Source: Malacoraja senta (taxonomy: Eukaryota). Taken from it: 64,000 bases of DNA. Location of the stretch: contig JAXLNO010000320.1 of assembly GCA_038087875.1 (NCBI GenBank), positions 62,001 to 126,000 on the forward strand, written 5' to 3'. Below, in pieces: positions 37,701 to 52,700 of the stretch. Numbering within the stretch: position 1 is the stretch's first letter; each line of letters opens with the position of its first letter. A program made the position numbers and the translations under genes. The notes under the pieces are model-generated. The model did not search any database, was not told the origin of the DNA, and was given only the letters and a program-made list of their open reading frames with translations.

Positions 37701-40700
37701 GCTGGGCTGCATCCTAGGTGACTCAGGGAAGTAAGGGTTGAGCATTTTCCTTTTTTCTTAGACAATGGGGTAATGCTAGAGTGCTGGAGGACTGTAATTA
37801 CTGCCCCACTGCACATAAGGGAGAAATGATAAACCCAGCAATGATGTGCAGTCACCAACCGTGAACGTGGGGGACATGATGGAAACAACAATCAGGGACA
37901 CATTTAATAAGTAGTAAGTAGGAATAGTACGTTAAACCCAGCATGGGGTTGTTAAAGACAAGTTGTACTTAACTAAATTGATTTTTTTTTTGTTGAGGAA
38001 ATAGGGTTTGGTGTTGTGCACGTGGACTGCTAAAAGGCATTTGATATCGTGCCGCAAAAAGCTTGTCAATAAATTTAATCCCAAAGAATTAAAGGGCTAG
38101 TGACAATACAAGTTCAAAATTGTCTTTGGGCAGGGAAGAACACAGAGATGAATTGATTGGGTGTTACATGGGCTGTAGAAAATGATGTGTTACACAGAGG
38201 TGTACCACGACCACCAGTTTTCTTAATGTGTGATAATGTTGGGTGTGGGTGTACAGAGCACCATTTCTAATCAAAGCAAATTACACAAAACTTGGATGTA
38301 TGGGGAAAAGTAAGGAAAGTTGTGATAGATTTCAGGAGTATATCATGAAAATTAACAAGGAGAAATGAAACAAAGTGATGCATTTTCCAAGTATCGAGGG
38401 ATATACAGTGCCCTCCATAATGTTTGGGACAAAGACCCGTCATTTATTTATTTGCCTCTGCACTCCACAATTTGATTTTTGATTGATTTTTACTTTATTA
38501 ATCCCCTAATTCAGGAGAAATTCTGATGTCCTTGCAGCACACTAATAAAAATACAACATAGCATTAAGAAGTTTAACATTAAACATAAAAACATCCCCAT
38601 GTCCACCCATAGTCGGGCCTATTGAGGCCTCCACAGTCGCCACTACGGAGGCTCGATGTTCCTAGCCGTTCTCGCCGGGTGATGGTACTCCGGCGTCGGG
38701 AGAACCCTCTCAGCGGCTTGGGGTGCCAGGAACGGCCGCCTTCTTACTGGAGACCGCGGCTTCCAAGCCAACAGGCCGCTCTGGATGGAGCTGCACATAC
38801 TGGCGATCTCGGTGCGAGATCCCAGGCTCCGCGATGTTAAAGTCAGCGCCGCAGCTGGCCGCTCCACAGACCCGCGATGTTTTTATCAGCGGTCCCCGCA
38901 GCTGGCCGCTCCACAGACCCGCGGCTCCGTGATGTTTTTGTCGGCGGTCCCAGCGTGGCGACCCAGACAAGGCATCGCCCGCTCCGCGATAGCGCTCCAG
39001 CGCTGTGCCGCCGCCGAAGCCGAGGTTCTGGCCAGGTCCCCTCAGGAAACGCCGCTCCAGGCCCCGCTGGTAGTCCGTGAGGACGGGTCGAAGGCGCTGC
39101 TCGGAGTAAGGCAACCCCTCCGACCAGGTAGGGACTCGAAAAACAATTTCCCCCTTCCCCCCCCACCACCCCCCACACATAAAAAGATTAGGCCCCCTGA
39201 CTGCACCCTCAACGTACTAAAAATAATAAATTTGAGATTTGTAATAGAAAAAACATTATGGAGGGCACTGTAGCTTTGTGTTTTTAATCTATCTGCAGAG
39301 TGACGAGGTGTCTTCATGTCCACAGCTGAAGGAAGAGAGTAACGAAAGTAACGAAAGTGTTGAAAACAAGCAGGATGCAATGGAGGAGGTGGAGGACGAG
39401 GAGAAACCAGAGATTAAATCCGAACCCAAAGAGGAGGAGGAGACTGGAGCCAATGCATCATCTCAGTCATCAGCATCGCCTCCACAGTCACGTCGAAAGT
39501 GTAGGTTTCATAGTAAACTCATATACCATTCAAATAGCTTCTGCACCCAGCTCTCAGGGATGTTGCATATGAATTATTTCACACCCATGGGTACATGAAG
39601 CTAGTGCTGCACAGTAAGTGTTTTGTGCATGATCTCCAGCAGCAGTGTGCTATCAAGCATTAGGCCAAAGCAGTCATGCCCACAGCATGAAGAGTTTTAT
39701 ACACACACAGGCAAGCCCTAACCGCACAGGTGAGGACTGAAAGGGAAACAGATTTACTTGGTTTTTGTGGGCATTTGGTCATATCACTGGAAGCTGTCCA
39801 TTCCTTGGGAACATCTGTGCTTTAAAACTCTCTTATAATGGTTGCTATAATCTGAGCCGGGTAAACATAGAGCTGTTATCTAGATGATCATCCACTCTCC
39901 AAGTGTGCCATCTCCTAAAAGCTACTGCAACCTTTTGATGAGAGCACAGTTGACTATACAGTGCATTCAGAAAGTATTCAGACCGCTTCACTTTTTCCAC
40001 ATTTTGTTATGTTAAAGCCTTATTTTAAAATGGATTCAATTATTTTTTTTAATCATCAATCTACACGCAATACCCCAGAATGAAGAAGCGAAAATAGGTG
40101 TTTAGAAATTTATGCAAAGTAATTAAAAATAAATAACTGAAATATCACATTTACATAAGAATTCAGACCTTTTGCTATGATACTCAAAATTGAGCGTAGG
40201 TTCATCTTGTTTCCATTGATTATCCTTGAGATGTTTCTACAACTTGATTAGAGTCCACCAGTGGTAAATTAAATTGATAGTACATGATTTGGAAAGGCAC
40301 ACACCTGTCTATATAAGGTCCCACAGTTGACAGTGTATGTCAGAGCAAAAACCAAGCCATGAAGACTAAGGAATTGTCCGTAGACCTCCGAGAGAGGATT
40401 GTGTCGAGGCACAGATCTGGGGAAGGGTATAAAACAATTTCTGCAGCATTGCAGGTCCTGAAGAGCACAGTGGCCTCCGTCATTCTTAAATGGTAGAAAT
40501 TTGGAACCACCAGTACTCTTCATAGAGCTGACCACCTGGCCAAACTGAGCAATCGGGGGAGAAGGACCTTGGTCAGGGAGGTGACCAAGAACCCAGTGGT
40601 CACTCTGACAGAGCTCCAGAGTTCCTCTGTGGAGATGGGAGAACCTTCCAGAAGGACAACTATATCTGCAACACTCCACCAATCAGGCCTTTATTGTACA

Positions 40701-43700
40701 GTGGCCAGATGGAAGGCACTCCTCAGTAAAAGGCACATGACAGTCCGCTTGGAGTTTGCCATAAGGCACCTAAAGCACTCTCAGACCATGAGAAACAACC
40801 ATGGTCTGATGAAACCAAGATTGAACTCTTTGGCCTGAATGCAAAGCATCACATTTGGAGGAAACCAAGCACCGCTCATCATGGTGGTGGCAGCATCATG
40901 CTGTGAGGATGTTTTTCAGTGGCAGGACCTGGGAGACTAGTCAGGATTGAGGGAAAAATGATCGGAGCAAAGTACAGAGAGAGATCCTTGATGAAAACCT
41001 GCTCCAGAGCGTTCTGGACCTCAGACTGGGACGGAGGTTCACCTTCCACAGGACAACGACCCTAAGCACACAGCCAAGACTACGCAGGAGTGGCTTTGTG
41101 ACAAGTCTGTGAATGTCCTTGAGTGGCCCAGCAAGAGCCCGGACTTGAACCCGAACGAACATCTCTGGAGGGACCTGAAAATAGCTGTGCATCGACTCTC
41201 CCCATCCAACCTGACAGAGCTTGAAAGGATCTGCAGAGAAGAATGGGAGAAATTACCCAAATACAGGTGTGCCAAGCTTGTAGCGTCATACCCAAGAAGA
41301 CTTGAGGCTGTAATCGCTGCCAAAGGTGCCTCAACAAAGTACTGAGTAAAGGGACTGAATACTTATGTAAATGTGATATTTCAGTTATTTTTAATTACTT
41401 TGCAAAAATTTCTAAACGCCTGTTTTCGCTTTTTTATTATGGGGTATTGTGTGTAGATTGATGATTAAAAAAAAGAATTGAATCAATTTTAAAATAAGGC
41501 TGTAACATAACAAAATGTGGAAAAAGTGGTCTGAATACTTTCTGAATGCACTGTATCAGAAGCAATGTGTCATTATCTACTGAATAGTCTACATGGTCTT
41601 GTGATGAGCTGACCTCACTGATCTTTGTCTTCTGTTAGTTTTCAAACCAGAGGAACTGCGGCAAGCACTTATGCCCACGCTTGAAGCATTGTACCGTCAA
41701 GACCCAGAATCATTGCCATTCAGGCAGCCTGTAGATCCCTCAATGTTGGGAATTCCTGTGAGTATTAATTGTTGAATACGTTTGACCTTGTTACCATGTG
41801 CAACTGCTAGTATTGTTAGATGTTTCAACCATGCCTTCAGTGACAGTTGTTTTTTGTAGCTGGGGTTTCATGCAGCTGAACATTTTATATGTTAAAGTGT
41901 AACATGGAGACGTGAGTACCACCCTTCGTGTGAAAATGTTGCCCTTCACGTTCCTATTCAATCTTTCCCCTCTCACCTTAAACCTATGCCCTCTATTTCT
42001 TGATTCCCTTACCCTGGGGGAAAATGTACATTCACCCTATTTATGCCCCTCATCAATTTATACATTTCTATAAGATCACCCCTCAGTCTCCTGCACTCCA
42101 CTATCTGTACCGAAATGCTGTAAATACTATTTTGTGTGCTATCCAGGCAAACCATACCATACATGAGTAAAACAGTTAGTGCAAAAGGAGAAAGGAAACA
42201 GTGCAGAGGATAGTGTTACAGCTGTAGAGAAAGTGCAGATTTTTTTTTAAAGTACATGGTCCCCTTTACAATTTTCTGTTCAGCTGCACAAGCTCCATTG
42301 AAATAATGTATACTGTGCCACGGCTGGCCTTGGGAGTCCAGCACGGAACTTCTTAAGCAGTTAGCGTGACCATTACTGTCCATAGTCTGGAACTTATGCA
42401 TTAGGCAACGCATGCGAGAAAGATCTGGACATCTAATCTGGACAGCTAAATAAAGACTGTTCTATTTGAAATCATTGGAAACTACTGCCATATGGTGGAC
42501 CATGATGTTTCCTTTATATTATGTACCAATGCCCTGAATCGATTGTTAATGTTTATTTGGTTGTACTACTTTACCATGTAAAGTTATTGCAAGCTGTATC
42601 AAATACTCTTCCACTTGTTGCAAAGATTCTAATTTGGCGTTTCCAACATGAGGTAGGTTCTGGAAGATAAACTGACAGCATTGTATGGCTGAAAGTGGCC
42701 CTTGCATTTTACCTGTAGTTACTTCGATGAATGCAGTGATTATATTTTTGTTTCTCAGGGAAAATACTGAATCAATCAGACTGTCAGCCTGATATTCATT
42801 TTCTTTGTTCTGGCGGAAGCTGGTGGTTTAGTGGTTAGTCTGAGAAAATTTAAAACCGCCCACTTCTTAGATCCACAAACGAGTTAAGTTGCAAGTTTAA
42901 CCGCACACCTGCTGCACTGTGTGGTGGTTGCAAATGATAGTAGGTTTTTGATGCAATAGAAACTGATTCTGAGTTTGCTCATTGTTGCCTTCTCTTGTGA
43001 TGTTGGTAATATAATCCATGTACAATAACCATTCCTATGTTAGTCAGCACCTTTCATGAACCACTGCAGTTGGTGTGGTGAACATATCCCACAGTGCTGT
43101 TAGGTAATAAATCTTAGAATGTTCAGCGACACTGAAGGAACAGAGCCACATCTGGATGGGCATGAATTAGACAAAAGCTCGGAGAGGGATACTCGCATTG
43201 TCCTTCCTGTCTGCTTCCTAGAAGCTAGAGGTTGTGGACTTTGGGAGATGTAGTTTAGTTTAGAGATACAGTGCGGAAACAGGCCCTTCAGCCCACCGAC
43301 TCCGCTCCGACTAGTGATCCCCGCACACTAACACTATCCTACACACACTAGGGACAATGTACACTTATACAAGGCCAATTAACCTACAAACCTGCATGTC
43401 TTTGGAGTGCGGGAAGAAACCGAAGATCTCGGAGAAAACCCAGCGGTCACAAGGAAAACGTACAAACTCTGTACAGACAGCACCCGAAGTGAGTCTCTGG
43501 CGCTGCAAGCACTGTAATGCAGCAACTCTACTGCTGCGCCACCAGTCAAAGAAACATTACTGTGTACAACAGTGCCACTTCACTACAGTGGTGTCCCACT
43601 AGAGGCAGAAGTGTATGATCGCATGCTGGATGGGGTTTTTTCCCTAATGATACTGGGCTTGGTTATTATTGGAGCTGCACTCATTTGAACAGCTGTAGGA

Positions 43701-46700
43701 TTTAGCATCTCAATCCTCATGTGCCTTGTAAATTAGAGAGATGAGCCAACTGCAGGATACCCACCTCCCACTTGATCTTCAGCCAGTCAAATTTCCGGTT
43801 CGTAACACTCAGAGTATTGAGTTTGGATATTTAGTAGTGGCACTGTTAAATGCTGAGGGAGCTTTGCTGAGCACCCCACCCCACTACCTGCACCATTTCC
43901 TGCCCTATGGAAACAGGCCCTTCAGCCCAACTTGCCCATGCCTACCAACATGCCCCATCTACACTAGTCCCACCTGCCCGCACTTGGCCCATAACCCTCT
44001 AAACCTACCCTATCCATGTACCTGCCCAAATGTCTTAAACGGTTTGCACACAGCCCACTAAGCCCTGAGCTGCCGTATACACTTTTGGCAGTGCACTCAT
44101 TCTTCAAAGGTTCTTCAAACAGATCTGGCTAGATCACATGGAATCCAGTAGTTAGCCAATTGGATACAACATTGGCTTATTGGTAGGTCAGAAGGTGGTA
44201 GAAGAGGGGTGTTTTTTAGATTGACAATAGATAACATCTAATGCAATATACCACACAAACTCGATTTCAGACCATTCTCCACTAACTTTCTTTTTAAAAC
44301 TGGAAGGATTGCCTAAGAATAAATCGTTTTGGAGATTTAATTCTCCAATTCTAAAAGATCCACAATCGAGTATATATTTAAAAGAACAAATGGAGGTCTT
44401 TTTTCAAATAAATGATACTCCAGATATATCGCCTACTGTATTATGGGAATCTTTTAAAGCATACATTAGGGGTATTATAATTTCATATCAAGCTTTTCAA
44501 AATAAAAAGAATAAGAATGAACAAAGACAGTTAGAAGAACTTATTAGACAAATGGATATAGATAATGCTAAAGATCCATCAATAGATAAACATAATAAAA
44601 TAATAATTTTGAAATTTAAATTAAATAAATTATTATCTGCCAAACTTATAAGACTTTTTCAAATTACAAAACAAGAGCATTTTGAATTTGGGGATAAACC
44701 GCATAAACCTTTGGCTCGCCAGCTAAAAAAACGAGAAAAGGAACATACTATACCAAAGATCAAATCAGATAAAGGGGAATTATTAACAACACCAAAGGAT
44801 ATTAATAATAGATTTGCGCAATTTTATGAGAATTTGTATACATCTAAAACGACAATTGATTCCAATAATATCACAAAGTTCTTGGATACCTGTAATCTTC
44901 CAAAGTTAGAGCTGAAGGAACAAGAGGAACTGGGTGCACAAATCTCAATTAAGGAATTAGAAGATACAATAAACTCACTAAAGAATGGAAAAACACCAGG
45001 CCCTGACGGATTTACTAATGAATTTTATAAGAGCTTTTATGATAAAATAATACCAAGATTACAAAAAATGTACCAATATGCTTTTAAAAAACGAATACTA
45101 CCTGATACATTAGCGGAATCAACGATTACATTAATACCTAAGAAAAATAAAGACTTAGGAGAACCTGGTTCATATAGAGCTATAGCATTGTTAAACACAG
45201 ATCAAAAAATATTAGCGAAAACATTAGCTAGAAGATTAAGTAAATACATTAGTAAATTAATAAACCCAGATCAGACGGGGTTTATCCCTAAGAGATACTC
45301 ATCTAACAATATGAGACGTCTACTCAACATAATGCACTCACACAAATCTGAAGATCAAGAATTATCAATTATTTCGCTGGATGCTGAAAAAGCATTTGAT
45401 CACGTAGAATGGAATTATATGGACAAAGTATTACAAAAATTTCAACTGGGGGAGAATTTTATTCTATGGATCAAGTTACTATATAACAAACCTACAGCTA
45501 GAATACTAACTAATAACATATTATCCTCGAAATTCCAACTATCAAGGGGAAATAGACAAGGATGCTCATTATCACCACAGCTGTTTGCTCTCATTATTGA
45601 ACCGCTAGCAGAAAAAATTAGAATACACCCTGATATCCATGGATATAATACTAAAGATTCATATAATAAAATATCTTTATACGCGGATGATATATTACTG
45701 TACATTACAAAACCTCAAATCACTATACCAAATATATTAAATTTAATTGAAGACTTTGGGTCTTTTTCTGGATATAGAATAAATTGGAATAAAAGTGAAA
45801 TTATGTCAATAAAACCGAAAGATTCAACACATCTTTTAAAATTCCCTTTTAAAATAGCTACAGAAAAATGTAAATACTTGGGAATCGAAATTACCAGATC
45901 ATATCAAGGTATGTTTAGGGCAAATTTTGACCCCTTACTTAATAAATTAAACACACTAATTAAATTCTGGAAAACGCTCCCGATGTCTTTAATAGGCCGA
46001 ATAAACGCAATAAAAATGATCTTTTTACCACAAATTTTATGCCTATTTCAATCAATTCCTATATACTTACCAAAGAAGTTTTTTAAAAAACTCGACTCAG
46101 ATATCACTAATTTTATATGGGACTATAAATCACATAGAATACAAAAAACTCATCTGAATAAACCTAAAGTATTAGGGGGTTTAGCACTACCTAATTTTAT
46201 GTATTATTATTGGTCAGTAAATATTAAAAATATGATTCAACTGATGGATAACTCCGCCCAGCAAGTGGACTGGATTGTAATGGAGAAAGAGGATTGCTCC
46301 TCTAGAAACATTGGAGCGATCCTCCTCTCTCCAATGAAACTGAATAACATAAATTATAATAAGAACCCAATTATTCATAGTACAATCCGAATTTGGAAAC
46401 AAATAAAACAAAATTTAAAATTAAGAAATTTATCACTTTTATTACCTATAGTCAATAACCCTTCGTTTAATCCTTCTATTATAGATAAAGCTTATACACA
46501 ATGGGATAGATTAGGAATTAAAACGCTTGGTGACTTGTATGAAACTGGAAAATTACTTTCATTTCAACAATTACAAATAAAATATAAACTCGGAAATAAT
46601 CAATATTTTAAATATTTTCAAATATGCGACTATTTGAAAAAATATACAAAAGATCATTATAATAACCCAGTAGATGTATTGGACGAGGCAATGCAGATAA

Positions 46701-49700
46701 AAGCGGAATCAGCAAACTTAATATCTTATTTGTATAATATTATCTTAAATGTACAAATACCACCTACGGAGGGTATCAGAAGAGACTGGGAACAAGAGTT
46801 AGCTATTAAAATTTCAAAGGAAAGTTGGAATGAATACTTATTAAACGTGCATAAATGCTCGATTAATGTAAGACACACTTTAATACAATTTAAAATTTTA
46901 CATAGATTATATTATTCGAAAACTAAAATTCATAAAATGTTCCCAAATGTATCATCTATTTGTGATAAATGTCAATCCCAAGAAGCTACTATAGCGCACT
47001 CATTCGTTTTCTGTACAAAAATTCAAAAATTTTGGAAGGAAATTTTTGAAATCTTTACAAAGTTATTTAAAACAAGACTGATACCCAAAGCAGAATGGAT
47101 TATCTTCAGTATAACGGAAGATGGTCCAGAACTAAATGTGTTTCAAAAGAAACTAATGGACTATGGGTTAATAATTGGAAAAAAGCTAATTCTAAAATTT
47201 TGGAAGAAGGCTCCAATACCAACTATAAATATGTGGATTTCAAATATGTTTGAAACATTACACCTAGAAGAGATAAGACTCCTCCTAGGAGGTAAACCAG
47301 ATCACTTCCACCTGACGTGGTCTGCATTTATAGAATTATTACAAACATAGGGTGCAAAAGTACTTTAAAAAAAAAAAAAAAATTGAGGTCAGGTAAGGGG
47401 GGATGATAGTTGAAGAGTTGGTATGTCCCATTTACGTAATGCTCATAAAAATATTTGTTTCTCTCTTTTTCCTCTTTATCTCACTCTTTCTTTCCTAGGG
47501 TCTATTTCTTAACTATTTTTCTTTTGTTTTTAATTTTGCTCTTATAGGGTCTTCGTCCTTTTTTGTTGTCACATTTCCTACACTTTCACTTTTTCCTTCA
47601 CTTTCTTCTTTCTTTCAATCTTTTCCTTTTCTAGTGTAAAAAATAAATGGAGTACATTAATTGTAAGAAGATATAAATGACGAGTACTAATGTATGTGGT
47701 TGTAACGTAATGTACTTCTAATAAATAATTTTTTTTTTTTTAAAAGACAATAGATAATAGGTGCAGGAGTAGGCCATTCGGCCCTTCGAGCCAGCACCGC
47801 CATTCAATGTGATCATGGCTCATCATCCCCAATCAGTACCCCGTTCCTGCCTTCTCCCCATATTCCCTGACTCCGCTATTTTTAAGAGCCCTATCTAGCT
47901 CTCTCTTGAAAGCATCCAGAGAACCCGCCTCCACTGCCCTCTGAGGCAGAGAATTCCACAGACACAGAATTCCACATTGGCGGTCTGTGATCAGTGGTGT
48001 GCCATACTGATCGGTGCTGGGTCCACTGTTCTTTGTCATCTATATTAATAACTTGGATGAGAATGGTATGAGATGAGGCATGGTTAGTAAGTTTGTGAAT
48101 GACACCAAAATTGGTGGTATAGTGGACAGTGAAGAAGGGTATAGTAGAGTACCACATGTTCTAGGTCAACTGGGAAAGTAAGCCAAGAATTGGCAATGGA
48201 AATTAATTTGGACAAGTGCATTTTGGTAAGTTAAATCAAGGTAGGGCTGGTCCTGTAAATAGGATGCCCCGAACAGCGTTGTAGCCTGGGGTACATGTCC
48301 GTGGTTCCCTGAAAGTGGCAGTGCAAATAGACTGATATTTTCTGTTTCTTAGGTGATGTTTTCTGTTTCTTTGTTACACTGATACATTGTTTAGTATGGC
48401 ATGACAGAAAGTCTTACAGAAAATGGCCATGGGCCCACCAAATCTGTGCTGGCCAGCAACCACCCAACCACTTGTTCTTTTCCCTACCAAACATTCAAAT
48501 TTATTCAAGTTCAAACTTGTTTGACAATTAAAATGCCCTTCTAGATAGAAGAAGAACCGAGTCTGCGCTCTATTACAATATTTGAAATAATCAGTGGATA
48601 TGTTGCAAATCTACCGACATAAATATACCAACATAATTTACCAACTGTTTGGGATTAAACTGTTTCTGTAATGAAGAAATATAGGAACCACCTGGGATAG
48701 TGGTGACTAGGAACCAAAATATTTTCAGCAAAAATAAAAAGGTTCAAAATGTAGAGAGGCTTTACCTTTTTTTACTTAAAGTGTACACATGAATTGAAGA
48801 ATCTAATGGATACTGATAGCCTTGAAGTTACCTCGACCATTGAATGCTGACTATTTGCATACAATTTTACCTCATTTTAAAGTATTTAAGTTTATCAAAT
48901 CCACACTTGCGTTTCAGACAAACTGAGAGGAAAATGTAGTCCTCAAGCTTTGTTCTGAAACCTGCAGAGGGGATTGAGTTATACTTGGAGACCGCACAGC
49001 ATTGACATTGCAGCCTGAATGTTTCTCCTTCACATCTGTACAGGATTATTTTGACATAGTGAAGAATCCTATGGATCTGTCAACAATAAAACGGAAGCTG
49101 GATACTGGGCAGTACCAGGAGCCATGGCAGTATGTAGAAGATGTATGGTTGATGTTCAACAATGCATGGTTGTACAATCGCAAGACCTCCCGTGTATATA
49201 AATACTGTTCAAAATTAGCTGAGGTCTTCGAGCAGGAGATTGATCCCGTCATGCAGTCTCTTGGCTACTGTTGTGGACGAAAGGTAAGCTCCTTTATTTC
49301 AAAAGAGGCTAAAGTGCTTTGGATATAGAAAATATTTAATATGCAGTTTGCATCAAGTCGATCTGTCATTGGTGTGAATTTTTTTATTTACCTTTTTAAT
49401 TGTCATCACTCTTGTCAGTTCTAGAAAATCACTGTAATGTCTTGTAACTATGGAGGGCAGTATTCATTTATGACAATCAAAGACTTACAATAAAATTTGA
49501 GAAATGTTTTGTTTGCATGTTATCTTCTTCCAAGATATTTTTATCTTAATTTTTCACCTTAACAAAGGTTAAGGTGAAAATTCTTTACAAATTAATTGTA
49601 AAACAAAAACAAAAACAGCAGAGTTTGGAAATATGAAATAAAGAGCTATGAAAACTCACTGGATCTGAGTGCATCCATGGAGTGAGTTATCCCCAACTCT

Positions 49701-52700
49701 GGTGCTGTTGGAGGGAGGGGTTCAAAGTGGAATGCCAGAGGGTTGAGAACTTAGCCAGGGGTCTAGGGAGAGAGAAAAGCAAGGGCAGAAATTAAGTTAA
49801 GAACAGTAGAAAGCAAAAGTGCATAGCAGAGAAATTGACGGCAAGAGGCAAATTGAGTAAAAAAAGGTGACTAAAAGTAACAATGGTTTTGTATCAATGA
49901 ACAAAGTATTCATGATATGGAAAATTAATGATCAACACAAGCAAAGGCAATCGGGTATGATGTGAAGCCCTTGGAGAGATATCAAAATTGAGAGCGTGAT
50001 ATTTGAGGTCACAGATGCCAGAGATAGTATATTGGCACAGATGCACCAACAGGCAGGATACAGTGAGTAGGGATGATGGCATCTCATTTAGTTTGACAAC
50101 CAATAACCAGTTGTTTATTGGAAGCAGTTATATATTACAAACAGTGGGGTGATAACAGGGACCAGAAATGTTTACAATATATATTAATGATTGTAGGACA
50201 AACATGAATATTTAGCAGGGAGATTAGTTTGTAGGTTAATTGGCCCCTGTATATTGTCCACACAGTGTAGGGAGTGGATGTTAAAGTGGGATGACATGTA
50301 ATTAGTGTGAACGGGTGATTAATGATTAGCATGGACTCGGTGGGCCAATGGAACGGTTTCCAAGGTGCATCTTTAAATCAATCATGCTTAGCAAATACCA
50401 TTGTGAAGCCTTAAGACCTTCCATGCCTTAATAACTTTAGACCTGATTGTAGAAGTGGGAAATTGTTAGATTCTCCAGAACCAATATTTTTCACCTTTGT
50501 AAATCAATTTTCACAAATAGCACGAAGGTATATGACCATGCATGTCTTCAGTTTATATTAGTGTTGTGAGTTTGTCTTAGCCCTTTGTCTCTAATCTGCA
50601 TTAAAATTAGTACAGTTAATGTTAATAAGAAGCACGGAATGTTCACATTACTGAAGCGCTGAGAAGACTAAATTTGCTGCATTTAATTTGTTTGCTCCTG
50701 AACTGAATGTAACTGTTTGACACATTGCCATGGTTTTAACCAGATTCAATTGTTATTTTGCATTTTCTTTTTTTAGTATGAGTTCTCCCCTCAGACATTG
50801 TGCTGCTATGGTAAACAGTTGTGTACAATCCCTCGCGACGCCACGTATTTCAGCTATCAGAACAGGTAAGGAAATGTAAGGGGTGGGGTTGTTGCACATT
50901 GTGTGAAGGAAGGGTGACAATGGCACAGAATGGAAATTGTTCTCTTGGTGACAAACCAGGTTCATTGCCCGGCTGCAGGTAAACTTTCGAAAAGCGTCAT
51001 TTTGATTATTTCTGTGGTACAACTATGTTATAAGTCTAGAATGAATTAAAGCTTTGGTGATGGAAGCCACTAAATTAGGGTCTGTAGGAGCTGTTACTGT
51101 GAACTGTTTAATACTTTGATTTATTTGAGATTTTGCTGTTTTGATGGTCCCATATTCTAAATGTATATGTTAGTCAGGATAGATTGTGGGATTTATTTTG
51201 GTCCATTGCGTTTGTAGTGGCATTTGATTATTGTTGGGGGTGGGGAAGATCTATAACTTTGGATAAATATGTCATGAAGAAAAATGATTTCTTTACTCTG
51301 TCTAAGTTTAATTGTAATTTATTAGCCAAGTATGTTATGCAATATACGAGGAATTTGATTTGCCATACAGTCATACCAAAAAAACACCAAGACACACAAC
51401 TCCTCCACATTCCCCTTTGTGATGGAAGGCAATAAAGTCTTATCTTCTTTCCTCCTGTTCTCTCGCGGTCGGGGGAGTCAAACCATCCGCAGTCGGGGCG
51501 ATTGAAGCTCCCGCGATCGGGGCGGTTGGCGCGCCCAAAGTCGGTCGCTAACCAGGGACCACAAGCTCCACGTTATTAAAGTCTGCAAGCTCCCGCAATT
51601 GAAGCTCCGAGGTCGATCCCTGGCAAAGGGATCGCCAGCTCCACGATGTTAAGTCCGCAGGCTCCCGCAATTGGAGCTCCTAAGGTCCCAGCAAGAGGCC
51701 GCCAGCTCTACGATGTTAGGCCACAGTGCGGACGGAGATACGACACGGAAAAAGTCGCATATCCGTCGAGGAAAGAGATAAAAAACATCCCCCGCATAAT
51801 ACAAAACTAAAGATAAACTAAAACATACATTTTACAACAAACTAAAAACACAAAGAAAGAAAAAGACGAGACAGACCGTCGGCGAGGCAGCCATCGTACA
51901 GCCTTGTCAGATTTAAAACTCATTTTTGAAATTGGCCTGTCAGGAGATGATGAGCACGTTCTGCATTGTGCAGGATGTACTCCTGTTTCATGTCTTAAGA
52001 GGCAATAGGTCTACCTATATTCACCTTGAGTCAAATCTCATGAATCACAGGTTAAACAAATGATTGTTATGACTAGAGGATTGCCGAACCTTGGTGCTTA
52101 TTGTAAACAGACTAGGTGGGCAGGGCTTGTTGAATATGCTGAGGAAATGGAATGAACAGATTTGTATATAGATCATTTTAGAATCAATCAGTAATTAGGT
52201 GGTAATAACTACATTTAATACCGGTCCTTTGAAGAGCTGACTAAATCCAACCAATATTTCAGGTTTTGATTGTGTTTTTGAATTTGCAGCTCTGGTAATT
52301 AGCAGTCCATAATTATACTTTTATGCTCCTAGCTAGATGTTATAAAGGCTTTTAAAATACTCCCAGTATGTTAATCTGTTTTGTTTTGTATGTTTGAACT
52401 CGCCTGACAGAATCTTTAAATTGGGGTCATTAATAACAGATCACCTACTCAAACCTGAAATGTTGGGAGTTAAAGGGAAAAGCAAGTTTGAAATATACGC
52501 AGAGGATTTAAATGACTTTATCTGAAATGCACGTGGTTTGTCCTAAGAGTTTCAATGATCCATTCATGAGTTAGAAACATAGAAACATAGAAAACAGGTG
52601 CAGGAGGAGGCCTTTTGGCCCTTCGAGCCAGCACAGCCATTCATTGTGATCATGGCTGATCATCCACAATCAGTAACCTGTGCCTGCCTTCTCCCCATAG

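Noticed and set aside
38622..39380. Cluster of overlapping GC-rich ORFs or a CpG-island promoter
   Set aside because: Lies within an insertion nested in a MITE; long ORFs are expected from high GC content and show no recognisable domain.
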